Of a stretch of 64,000 bases of DNA, positions 12,778 to 24,660 are shown in pieces (positions within the stretch are counted from its first letter, which is position 1; the number at the start of each line of letters is the position of its first letter). The notes under the pieces were generated by a model. That model was given only the letters and a program-made list of their open reading frames with translations. It did not search any database and was not told where the DNA came from. This DNA comes from Vicugna vicugna. Lineage: Eukaryota. The translations under genes and the position numbers were made by a program. The DNA is taken from positions 1,116,001 to 1,180,000 of the forward strand of contig MU058387.1 of assembly GCA_013265495.1 (NCBI GenBank). Reading direction: 5' to 3'.

Positions 12778-15080
12778 TCCGCAATAGTCAAGTAAGCACA
12801 ATTTCTGAAATGTTGCACATTCCTATTGGTAGTTTGACAGTCTACCTGTTGAAAAAAGACAGACTCTTGAGACAACTATTTGTAGTCACTGGGTAACATT
12901 GATTATCCACATTTGCCAGTGCCTGGGAAAAAAGGGAAATCATTGTGAACGATTCAGATCACATACAAATATGTTGATAAATATGCTCAACCATGTTGAA
13001 ATATATTTTCTCCATCCTTGAAAGAAAATTATCTGCCAATTTATAGAAGAGGACAAGTGACATACACAACATAAAGATCTTCCTTCTTTAGATCCTTCTT
13101 TACTCAAGGCTAACATCTCTATTTCTCTGCAAGATGACCTCTCCAGGCATGCTCATAAAAGCTTTTTGCCTCCCAGGCATCCCCAAATGGCTTTGAAATT
13201 TGCTGTGAAAAGATATTTGCCCATTTCCTGAGAACCAGAATGACTCATAAGAGCTGAGCACATATGGGACTGGTTGAGTCTCTGGATTCTGTGAGCTGTT
13301 TCCCATTTCTGATAAGTTATTCTCTTCCAACGTGTATATGATTGTCTTCCAGATAACAATCTGTGCAGGAAGGAAAAGAAGAAAGGGACAAGCTGGCTCT
13401 CTTGAGACAATCTTCAAACAGTACATTGGATGAGGCGAGGTCTTGGGAAAGGGCTGAAAATAAATGGAATCAATTTGTGGCAAATGTGTATTATCGTCCT
13501 TCTATGCCAACTTGTTCACATCTTTTGAAAACATAGAGGACAGTATGTACTCAAAGTATTTATCACGGCACATAATGAGCTCTGAAAGAAAGCTCCAATA
13601 CCCTTGGGGAGAGCTTCCATTACCAAGGTATCTCATATTCATCTTGCCCTAAGTGCGCCCTCTGAAGATAAAGTCCTACTTAAATAATCAATTCTTCTAG
13701 TCGCCCCACCCAGCAATGATGGGAAATGACTCCAAAGAAATGAAGAGTAGGATAATCAACATTAAAATAAATCCAGCTTTATCTTAGCTTTGAAAATTTT
13801 TTGTTTTTCACTCTCATCATTTGTGTTTGCCAGTGCATACTGTAAGCAAACATTTGCTTCAGCGTCTGCACTCAACGAATGTGTGAATTATATCAAGGCC
13901 TCTGTATGGGCTTGGTATTTGTTTAGCAGAAAAAGAAAAAAAGCAAATTAAAGAACGTTGAATTATAAAAAGCAATTTTTAATGTAGCTTGATGTTTGTG
14001 ATAATTTTATTAATCAAGTCAACTTTGCATTGAGAGGAGAGAACTTTTTGGTGTGTTCTCACTGTTGGACATACATCAGAGGGTGAAAATTGATGCATGG
14101 GGTTAGAAGATTTACTATGAAAAAAGAATTTAACTGGTTAACCAGGGAAATTAACTGGTTATCCTGACATTGCAAAAACCCAGCAAGTCTGTATTACCAC
14201 TACAGTGAACAACCTTGAGGACCTGGAAGAGCTCCAATTTATGACGAGATGTGAATTTCCTTAGTTTATTATTCTTTATTGATCTAGAAAACTTGGCAGT
14301 AATGGAATTCTCCTTCATTATGGTGCTGTGTAGAGAAAACCACAGCCAGAATAACAACAATCAGAGGAATAGTTCATGATTATAATAATTCTAATCTTTT
14401 CACAACACTCTGTGCTCCGTTCTTTCAATTCGTCCTTACACAAAATGTGTGGTCTTGGCAAGAGGCAATAAAGACCTATTGATGAGTCTTTTGGTGCTTC
14501 ACAGAAAGCCTGACTTTCCTTGGTTGTGTGGACATATGTGACATCCATGTTGAACTAGTGTCACTCTGGAGAGTATCTGAGTCATACGCAGCAAATACTG
14601 GTCAATTGGAATCTGTCTCCTTGGGTTCTTTTTCACTATTTTATACTGGCATGGCTTGTACTCTCCTGAAATTCTGGTTGACAGAGTAGTATTATAGATC
14701 CTGAGGAAAATTCCACTCCCTTCAAAATCCTGTTCATCTTTCAAATAGAGCTAATGTCTCCCTTGTCCCTCGTCAGCAGGTTTCCCGTCACCCGCAGGGC
14801 TCCCCTCAGCTTAATGTCATCAAATTCTTTTTCCAATTATATGGTGGAAGATAGATAAAGGACATATTTCCTGAGGCATTTGCGAAGTTTAATTGCATTT
14901 CTGGAACTTAGTTTGTCCCCAAAGACTTTTTTTTTTTTTTAGAAAATAATGAAGTTAAATAAAATGGAAGATTGGAAGATAAAATTGGAGTAAATATTCC
15001 TGATCATTAAAACTATTTTATTAAGTGATATGCAGTGTAATTGTCTATGTGCTTTCCTGTTCATCATTGTTATGTATGAG

Positions 15081-15095
15081 TATTTATTTATTTAA
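15081..15095 (+). promoter_or_regulatory. AU-rich element (three overlapping ATTTA; TTATTTATT nonamer)
   Basis: tatttatttatttaa lies ~70 nt upstream of the poly(A) signal. Confidence 0.5.
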
Positions 15096-15164
15096 TGTAG
15101 ATGTTGTTTTGTCACTGTTTTCACAATGAGATCAAAATGCATCTGTTATTTTCTAACCCTGGTT

Positions 15165-15193
15165 AATAAAATAAATCAGTGTTTTGCTTTGTT
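15165..15193 (+). terminator. Polyadenylation signal: overlapping AATAAA (15165-15170, 15170-15175) plus GU-rich downstream element
   Basis: Sequence ggttAATAAAATAAAtcagtgttttgctttgtt. Confidence 0.6.
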
Positions 15194-15407
15194 AATTCCA
15201 GGGGGTTGGGGCGACGTAGTGGGGTAAGATGTTTACTTTTTTCTGTTGTAACTTATCATTTTGTGATTACCTCTGAAGTTTTTTACATTATTTAAACAGG
15301 GAAAGACAAGTATTCTGAAGGTACATGGAATAGATCTTTTTTTCTGGATAAAATATTTCACATTTCCAACTGTTAAGTTGCACTGGTTTTATTTAGGACA
15401 ATCACTG

Positions 15408-15883
15408 TGTTACTGAGTCCGAGCTCATACTGCTCACCACATGACAGGATACGAGTTGTTGGGGCAAGGAATAATGGCTTTATTCAGAAAGCCAGCAGAC
15501 TGAGATGGTGGACTAGTGTCCCAAAGAACTACCGTGCCTGAGTTAGAATACAGGTTTCTTTTATACTAAAAGGAGGCAGGGGAAGTGAAGTCAAACATTT
15601 CCTGTTTCCCGTCAGCCTCTGGAGGTTATGTGCTAATTTCTTCCCGCCTCCAGTCATTCACAGGTGGGCCTGGTCAGGATGTTTCCCGTGAGCTAAACAA
15701 GGGTATTTTAGCTTAACACTCATTGCCTGGGAAGCAGGGTTCTCAGGGATGGGCCATTATTTATAAATTAAGCATATAGGCAACATCCCTTCAGTGATTA
15801 TCTTGTAGAAGAAGCAACAGAACACAAATATTAAAGTAAAAGAAATAGATCTAATACAGTCAGATCTGTTCTTTCCTATTACA
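15408..15883 (-). mobile_element. ERV1 solo LTR, MER41-like (cetartiodactyl type), 476 bp
   Basis: TG...CA termini and a perfect 4-bp TSD ACTG (15404-15407, 15884-15887). The minus strand starts TGTAATAGGAAAGAACAGATCTGACT, with TATAAAA at 15559-15565 and AATAAA at 15479-15484. Confidence 0.8.
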
Positions 15884-16209
15884 ACTGTCTCTCAGGAGAG
15901 ATGTGACCGAGAGCTGGTAGATGTGTGAGGAGGAGATAGGCACCCACACAATGCTAGGTGCTTATTTACTTTGAGTGTGACAGGAAGGAAAGGATGTCAT
16001 TGAGGGCCATGTAAGAAAATTCTGTTACTTATGTCAGTTGAATGACCCTATACAGGGTCAGTCTATGAGTCTGAACATAACTGAGTCCTTTGTTCTCATT
16101 TTAGACACTTTAATACAGTGATGGAGGTAAGACAGTGTGGGACTATGTGGTATGGGCATTTCATGCACAATCTTCTCTTATTACTGGATTGACAAAGCAG
16201 CTTTGGGAG

Positions 16210-16944
16210 TGCCCTGGGCTGGTTTCTCTAGAAAAACAGAAGCAATAGGACATATACAGCTAAGAAGTCCCAAGATCTGTAGTCAGCTCCAGCTGACTAG
16301 AGACCCGAGAGCAGTGATGATGTAGTTTCAGTCTTAATCTGAAGACAGAAGATCAATGTCCCAGCTGAAAGACAGTCATGCAGAGAGCTAATTCTCACTT
16401 ACTTTGCTTTTTGTTCTGTTCAGATCTTCAATGGCATCTTAATCACTCAGGCTCTATAATATTGACCAAGTGGCTTATAAGCAACAGGAATTTATCTCTG
16501 TTCTGCAGGTTGCAAGTCCAAGATCAAGGTGCCAGTAGGTTTGGTGTCTGATGAGAGCTTTTCTGGTTCATTAATGGCTGCCTTTCAGTTGTGTCCTCAA
16601 GTGCCAGAAAGGCAAGGGATCTCCCTGGGGTCTTTATAAAGACACAAATCCCATTCATTAGGGCTCAGCCCTCATTATCTAATTGCATATTAAAGACTAC
16701 CTCCAAATATCATCACATTAAGTTTCAAAATGTTAATTTTCGGGAGGACACAGGCATTCAGTCTATAGCAAACTGACAGATAATCCCCACTCATGTTGGG
16801 GAGGGAAATATGCTTTATTTAGTTTATCAATTCAAATATTAATCTAATCCATAAACACTCTCACAGACACACCCAGTATAATGTTCAGTCAAATACCTGG
16901 GCACCCCAGAGCCCAGTCAAGTTGACACACAAAGTTAACTATGA
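16210..16944 (-). mobile_element. ERVL MLT2-like LTR interrupted by MLT1A
   Basis: ttctctagaaaaacagaagcaatagga ... ctcacagacacacccagtataatgt...cccagtcaagttgacacacaaagttaac. Confidence 0.75.
16435..16770 (-). mobile_element. MLT1A-like MaLR LTR nested in MLT2
   Basis: gtggcttataagcaacaggaatttat...aagtccaagatcaaggtgcca...cattcagtctatagca. Degenerate 5-bp TSD aatgg/aactg. Confidence 0.75.
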
Positions 16945-17099
16945 TGGGGGAGGGGATAGCTATGGTCAGTGTTAAGGCTTCTTAAAATGGCTTGTTTAAA
17001 GTAGCTTTTTTCTAGATCACCTCTCCAGTGAAGATCCATGCACATTGCTATGGCAAGTGATTTGTCTCAGATCAATTCAATTTACTACACATGTGATTT

Positions 17100-17650
17100 G
17101 CGTCTGCACTGACAAGATAAGGATGCTAAACTGGAGGAGAAAATAAAGGCAGAAGCATTAAAAATTTATAATCTGGTGTTGGCAGATAAATGTCCCCTAA
17201 TTGGAGTGAAAGGAAAAATATAATGTGACATAAGATAGGTGTAAACTACTTTCAAAGGAAGATTAAAGAAGGAAGAAATTACTTCTACTGAACTATGGAA
17301 CGTATTAAAGAAAGGTCTGAGTAGCCTGGATGAAGGACGAAAACCAGGGCTTAAAAAGGGTTGATTTTGTAATTAGCCCACTTTTAAATGAATTTGATTC
17401 TGAAGCTGAGAAAATTCCCTGGATGAGTAAATGTGAATAGTGGCAAAAGGCAGAAAGAGATCATTAGCCCCCTCATGGGATTTGTACTGAGACATTTCTG
17501 GAGACTAAACTGTTCTGAAGGAATCCTCAAGAAATTCCTGAACGGGTATTCCTCATCTTCCCACTCAGCTCCAACCATAAAGTTCAAAAAGTGGGATGCT
17601 CACTGAATTGACCAGGGAAGGAAACCAAACCCAAGAGGAGTCGTAAATGT
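17100..17650 (+). mobile_element. Highly decayed CR1/L3 LINE fragment (continues ~18660-18940)
   Basis: gatgctaaactggagga resembles the CR1 RT 'DDTKLGG' region. An L3-like 3' end lies near 18690-18940. Confidence 0.4.
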
Positions 17651-17804
17651 AAGTATCAACCACTTCTCTACAGAATATGTCCTCAAATATGTACACAATT
17701 AATGTTATTCTCTGAAGTATTGAACCTGGAATAATAATTCAATGAAACTTTTGGTTACAGCATATATCTGTGACAAACAGTAAAATATTTATCTAGGAAA
17801 CAAT

Positions 17805-17905
17805 TAAAAAAATTTTTTTTAAGTTTAATGGAGGTACCGGGATTGAACCCAGGACCTTGTGCTTGCTAGGCAGATACTCTGCCACTGAGCCACCCCCTCC
17901 TGCTC
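17805..17905 (-). mobile_element. tRNA-derived camelid SINE (Vic-1-like), short form
   Basis: Minus strand has A-box TGGCTCAGTGG, B-box GGTTCAATCCC and an A-rich tail. Perfect 12-bp TSD CTAGGAAACAAT (17793-17804, 17906-17917). Confidence 0.85.
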
Positions 17906-18219
17906 CTAGGAAACAATCTTTATAATTAGCTTTCATACTAAGTGGGAAATTATTGCACATTCTTCCTATTTTGTGGATTGTAATTGATAAAACTGTACCA
18001 CCAATCAATACTCTGTAGAAATTAATATTTAATTTTTATTGATTCTGCCTCATAATTTTGATCATTTATAGTTAATGGCTATAGTATATATGTACAGGTT
18101 AGCAGGAGGGGATAGAAAGGATAGATTTTCATCAGGGTAATAAGAATAAGGAGTATACAAGATATAGGTGTTCTTTTCCACAAATAAAGTGTAAAAGGCA
18201 AAGTAATATAATTAACAAC

Positions 18220-18420
18220 GTTGTATATCATTTATTTAGCAGATACCATGTACTGGGTCTTGTGCTAGGCACTTCAACAATATTATTTACCACCTTTTAC
18301 AGGGAAAAATTTGAGGTTAGGAGAAACATTTACCCAGACAGTAAGTGACGAAGCTGATACTCAAATGCAAATTCAAACTTACTTCACTGGTTTCAAAGCT
18401 CAATGTACTTTTTTCATTCT
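18220..18420 (-). mobile_element. MIR/L2 fragment
   Basis: tgtgctaggcactt...cttttacagggaaaaatttgaggttagg. Confidence 0.5.
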
Positions 18421-21400
18421 ATATCGATCTCTCAGAGTAAAACCAAAACCATACTTATATATTTTATCATTGAGATGCCTTTTATATCCATTCACCTCAT
18501 CATATAGTTCCTCTGCCCTCACCTTTGCCTGAACTGATTTTTTTTCCTCTGTTATTGCAATGGCTTCTGGATTGACTGTTCTTACTCTTGTTTTCCATCT
18601 GTGCCAGTTGTCAGCTGATTACTTTTTCACTCTGAGCTGTTCCACTGGGCCCGAAGAGCATAAACATGTATGTCTTGGAACCACAGGGAAATAAACTTTG
18701 CCTTAATATAAATAATAATTTTATTGCAATAGAGATATCTCACCAATAAATGGGATATTTGTGCTTGTAGCTACTTCATTCCAGAAAAGTCATGCTTAAG
18801 AACAGCTAGAGATTCCAGAAAATAAATCAAACGAAGTCAGAGTGGCTATTAAGGGAATGAATGTTGCAGAGTAATTCATATTCCAGATAAGGAGTTTAGT
18901 ATTGGTAGCTGTTCATATCCTTTGAACACTTAGATCTTATCCTTTATTTTATAGAGAAACAACCCACTGAAACAATGTTTACTGCCTGTCTTCTTAGCTA
19001 CCCAACTTTCTCATGTACCCGTCATTACTATGGTGTTCTTTTTTCATTCTAACAGTGTTCTTCAGGGTACACCACTCATGTAATAGTTAACATCTGTAGT
19101 GACTCAAGATGTAAGTTTCTACTTTTAATTTTCAGTCTTAATTACCAGAAAATGCATGGCTGTTTGATGGAGAATACTAGATTTTATTATGAATAGCTTA
19201 AGGACAACATTTTAGTTTTCCCGCTTGGTTTTGTTTTCCAACAAATCCTACATTCTCCAATGTTTCGTAGACAATAATCAGCGATGTGACTTATTAGAAA
19301 TAGTCAAATTGGAAAGGACACAGTCCCTCTGAAGTTTCAAGGGTTGAGCTAAATACTCCATTTTTTACTTGACCTCCCCACCCCAATCCAAATCAGCAAA
19401 AATAAATGTGATATGAAACTAACAGCAACACAAACAAACTCTCTGGGGAATAATAATATAGTGGGTTAAAATCACTGATAGGTAGAGTGAGACCACACTG
19501 ACCAGGCCATATAGATCTTCTCTCCCCTGCTCCAGAGCACACTTTCCTTCTCAGCAGTATAAATCTATCTCCTTTGCTTAAAGGGAGGATTTAATCTCCA
19601 CAGCCCAGAAGAAATCCTGTTGGATCTTAGAATCTAAAGAGTTCTGTAAATTGCAAACAGTAATTTATACACACTAATGGTCCATCCAGTGGAACACCCT
19701 GCTTCCCAGTGAATCTAATGACAGATGTTTTAGGAGAACTCCATAAACCCACCATAATGCACCTAATTGAGAAATACTGAATCGCCAAAGAAATTTCTTC
19801 TAAACTCTGGTAGCTGGTTTATTTCTTGGTGCCTGAGGCCTGATACCTATTTATTTGTACACTATAGTTACAGAGAAACCCTTATTTTCCCTAAGAACAC
19901 ACTATTAAATTTCTCATAAGCACCTAATCTTTAATTGAATCTCATTAACCTCTTTTGATTAATAACTCACTGTAAAGTGAACAAGTAATCACATTCCACC
20001 TTTTAACTTTGCTTAAAAACTTCCAGCCAAATGTACATAAACTAGCTCTATCTCTCTACATTATGGGTTTCTTAATATAATATTTCTAAAGAAAATAGAA
20101 CCCACTGGACGTGAACATTAAAAAAGCACTCTGTAATTAGGTGTAGAAGTAATATTTGGTTATTAAGATATAGGGAGAGAAAGTTCAATGCATGACTTGT
20201 GAATGTTTCAAGTGCACTTTGTATTATTTGCATAAACCTTTTAGGAACTCCGTATTTCTTTACTAGGAGAAAATTGCCACTGAGCTAGGCTACATTAATA
20301 TGAAATATGTTTAACAATGTCCTTGCTTGGAAACTACTAACAACGTGTTAACAGTTTTCCAGGACACTGTGGGCAGTGTATTTTATTTTTTTGACAACAG
20401 GGCTGCAAACCACTTTGTGTGGTTCTGTGTAACGTTAAGACATTGGTGGAAAAACTGTAAGGAAACAAGCTATGTCATCAACGGACTCAGCACACTGTCA
20501 TCACATTTTAGAATGGGAGCAATGTGGGCAAGGTCAAAATCTTGCGTTAGGACTTTGTGCTTCTCTGGGTTAACTGCTACTCAAGCTTGGAGAACAGGCA
20601 TTTATATTTGCTGGCAGACTAATTAAGGGGAATAATATGCCAGGAGAGTTCTCGCCTCATCATTTTTCATGCTTGAGTTTATTCATAGCTATGCTTGAGT
20701 TAGTGGGGAGAAGAGCTAGAAGAAATGCAAACCTCCTAATGATTCTCTGATTCAGTTTTCAAAGACAGCTGAACTTATCACCTGTCTTAATGGAGAAGCC
20801 ATAAACTATTCCCACATAATAGTAAAATATTCAGTCAGACACTATAGTGGTTCTGAATGGTAACACGTCGATTGTCAAATATGTGCTTTATTTATATGAC
20901 CAATATGACTAAAGCTGAGCTTTACTAAGACATCATAGAAGAAGCATCAAGAACACAGAACTTCCAAATGGATGCCCTAGATTTGAGTACTTGGCCCAAG
21001 CTGTCACTGCTATATGGCATTGGGCAATTCCTCTATCTTCCATTAATCTGCTTCTCAAGGGTACTATGTGAAGATTAGAAGTTCTAACCGCAATTTCCAA
21101 ATCATTGTTCTTATTGATAATACCATGTTTATATTTTATGATTTATAAATTATATGATTAACATGAATCAGTAAATTATATGAACAGAACTTATTAAACT
21201 CGTTAATTTGGAGAGCCAGCACAACTCTGAGTTGTTTGGGGGAAAAAAAAAACAACAGAAAGAAAGAAAACCTTGAAAATAATATTTTACACTTAGATAG
21301 CAATTTTTTTTTGTTTCCTTCATTTGAGTCTCACAAACATCTTAAGAGGAGTGAGAGAAGTATTGTTATAAAAATTTGATAAAAGAGGTGTTTTTATTCT

Positions 21401-21977
21401 CCCTAGGATCCAAGACTCTTTGGGAAATGACCTGAACATTCTTTTGTACTGTTACAAGGGAGTACTAGGCTGACAAAAATCTTTCTACCAAGTCCCTTCC
21501 CCTGTCATCATAACACTTCTAGTTGGAGCAATATGGTTCTAAAAATGTCATCAAATTGTTTTCAAGTGAATATCATTTTTTTTAAGCCCAAAGTATGTAT
21601 CTATAGACATCCTTGTAGGGTTAAACAGGTTGACTAGAAGTTGTTTCTTTACTCAAACTTTTAATTACTTGAGGAGTAACACAGAAATTTGAGAAGATGA
21701 AAACTGACAAAGAGTTAACCAAAAATTTAAATGAGCCCAGCATTCGTTGGCATAATTAGCACGATGAACTTAGGATGCATACTGTCAACCAGGTACACAG
21801 AATCTTCAGAATTGAGAATAGACGATGGTACATAATGAGTGCTTTGTGATTATTTACTTGAACACACACATACATCCACATATACATTCTACATGAATAT
21901 TATGTTTGCATCACTGGAAATCTGAAAATAGAGAATTTTTGAAAAAATCACTCATAATTCATTCTTTTGATGAAATT

Positions 21978-23120
21978 TGATGGGGTTTTCTGTATATACT
22001 TTTACGTCATCTGCAAATTGAGACAGATTCACTTCTTCCTTTCCAATTTTAATGTCTTTTATTTATTTTTCTTTCCTAATTGCTCAGACCAGCTCTTCTA
22101 ATACTGTGCTGAGTAAATGTGGTGAGAGTGTTCATCTTTGTCTTGTTTCAGATCTTAGAGAAAAAGCTTTCAGCTTCACCCTTGAGTATGATGTTAGCTG
22201 TGTGCATGTCATATATGGCCTTTATTATGCTGAGATGTGTTCACACTATATCTGCTTTGTTGAGAGTTATTTTTTAGATAAATTAATTTTGAATTTTGTC
22301 AAATGCTTTTCCTGCATCTATGGAGGGGATCATATAATCTTTATGCTTCATTTCATTAGTGTGGTGTATTACATTGATTGATTTGTGAATATTGAACAAT
22401 GCTGGCATCTCGAAAATAAATTCCACTGGCTCATGGTTTATGATCCTATTAATGTGTTGTTGAACTTGGCTTGCTAATATTTTGTTGAGGATTTTGCATC
22501 TGTGTTCATCAGGGTTATTGGCCTGTGATTTTCTTGTGGCATGCTTATTTGATTTCGATCTCAGGGTAATGCTGGTTTCATAATATGAGTCTGGAACAGT
22601 CCTCTTGTCTTTTATTTCTTTCTTTATTTTTGAAATATTTGAGAAGGATTGGAATTAATCTATCTTTGAATGTTTGGTAGAATTCAATAGTGAAACCATC
22701 TTACCCTGGACTATTTGGGAGATTTTCAAATTACTGATTCAATCTCCTGGCTAGTAATTGATCTCTTAAGGTTTTCTATTCAAACATGATTCACTCTTAA
22801 TAGATTGTATGTTTCTAGGTATTTATCCATCTCTTCTAAATTATACAATTTGCTAGCATATAATTGTTCATGGTAGTCTCTTATGAGCCTTTGTATTTCT
22901 GCGGTATCAACTGTAATAGCTCCTCTTTCATTTCTGATTTTATTTACTTGATTCCTCATTCTTCTTTTCTTGGTGAGTCTAGCTAAAGCTTTGTCAATTT
23001 TCTTTATCTTTTCAAAGAACCAGCTCTTAGTTTTATTGATCTGTTAGTTGTCCTTCTAGTATCTACTTCATTTATTTCTGCTCTAATCTTTGTTATTTTA
23101 CTTCCTTCTACTAACTTGGA
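21978..23120 (-). mobile_element. L1 (L1MA/MB-age) ORF2 reverse-transcriptase fragment
   Basis: gtcatctgcaaa (reverse complement of the FADD codons), aatattttgttgaggattttgcatc, ttttcaaagaaccagct. Multiple stops and frameshifts. Confidence 0.85.
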
Positions 23121-24454
23121 GCCTAAAAATAATTATAGGGCTAGTTTTAAGAGCAATAGCTCCTTATATTGTGCTCATATTCTTTCTTTTTTCCTTATGA
23201 AAAATTACTTTATTTGCCAAAACAAAAAACTATAATGAGCTGCATTATTTTACATTTTTGCAAATCTCTTTAATGGCTGATTTAATTGACGATGTTCTCA
23301 TATTCTTCAGTCTTGTTTCAAGGAAAAAAAAAAACAACCCTTTCACAAAGGAAAATAATTTGTAAATAGTGAACTTGTATTTACCAGAAGGATAAAATAC
23401 ATTGCCAACTGCAATTCAATTAAGTGAATTCACTTCGTCTTGTTTTTATCCTTTTTTCATTGTTTCCTTCTGTATCTTTTTTGCCCTTTCCCTCTGTGTT
23501 TTGCACACAAAACCCTTTTTGTATGCTCAACACCAAGTTACCCAGCTTTTTTTTATAAATGTGAAATCTTGTTACAAAGAACATCAGGAGTTCTCTTGAA
23601 ATAATGGGGACAACAATCCTGAAAGTGACACAGGCTTGTATTATTTCAGGCTGACCAGTTTGCGACTGTACTTTACGTACATTCTCATTGGAATGTCAGC
23701 TCCAAAAAGACAGGGATTTTGAGACAAGCCTGATATTTGGATCTCCTGAATGATGTTCCTGGAAAATCACCTTCATTTGATCTAGCCTTATAAAGGTACT
23801 GGAATTTGTAGGAGCATTTTACCCCAATTACTATACCTATTGAGCAAATGAACATATAGGAGATTATATAGATTAATTAGGACTAGGGGAATAAGAGATC
23901 ATTTAACAAAAGCCAGAAATCAAAATCAAGTCTAATTACAGCCATAGGTTTCCTTTTAATCTACATTCTTTGGCATGGGAAAAATAGGATGGAGTTGATC
24001 CTGTAAATTTTTTTCTTTATCCAATATTTATAGGATGATTATGTGTGTGTGTATGAGAGAGAAAAAGTATTTGGGGAGTGAATTAGAATATATCTTAGAA
24101 TTCTTTTCTCATGGGTAATCCCATCAGTTAGAATTATAATGATTCATCCATCTAGGAAAACCAGCTCAAATTTATATCCTTCATAATACATTTAGTACTG
24201 CCTATCATTTAAATTTGATGTCTTACATATTTTTGCCCCTATATAGCAATGCATATATCTCGATTTCTTTTTATCACAACATAATGCATTATTTTGGGGC
24301 CTAACAATTTTGCCTTTCACCAGTCATAGTAAACATTCCAAGAAGCAAAAAAATTGTGTCTTATTTTAAATCTACCAGAGACATCGCAAGGTCTCAATGA
24401 CTGTTTGCTGAATTAAATTGTTGAAGATATAACAACAGCTTCAGTTATCGAACA

Positions 24455-24660
24455 ATAATAACTAACATTTACTAAACACTTACTATGTGCCAAGCACTGC
24501 TCTAGGTGCTTTATATATAAAATTACATCTAATCCCCACAATAATCCTACCAAATAGATACATTAATTATTGTCATTCTCATTTTCCCAATGATGCAATT
24601 AGGGCAAGATAAAATGCCCGAGATTACACAGTAAGGAGAGCTGAGGTTTAAAATAAGATC
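24455..24660 (-). mobile_element. MIR SINE
   Basis: ataactaacatttactaaacacttactatgtgccaagcactg...aatccccacaataatcct. Confidence 0.7.

Larger units (their letters stand above)
12778..15195 (+). other. 3'UTR (~2.4 kb) of the + strand gene
   Basis: No recognisable TE between the stop codon and the tandem AATAAA with downstream GT/T-rich tract. Contains an AU-rich element. The exact cleavage site is approximate. Confidence 0.6.

Noticed and set aside
13100..14744. Several overlapping minus-strand ORFs (127, 85, 81, 76 and 69 aa) suggesting an antisense gene or pseudogene
   Set aside because: They lie in different frames with no recognisable domain or splice structure, and are better explained as chance ORFs antisense to the 3'UTR.
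17805..17905. tRNA gene
   Set aside because: A and B boxes are present, but there is an A-rich tail and TSD and no proper acceptor stem. It is a SINE, as is 56879-57059.
22052..22381. 109-aa hydrophobic ORF
   Set aside because: Antisense reading of L1 ORF2.
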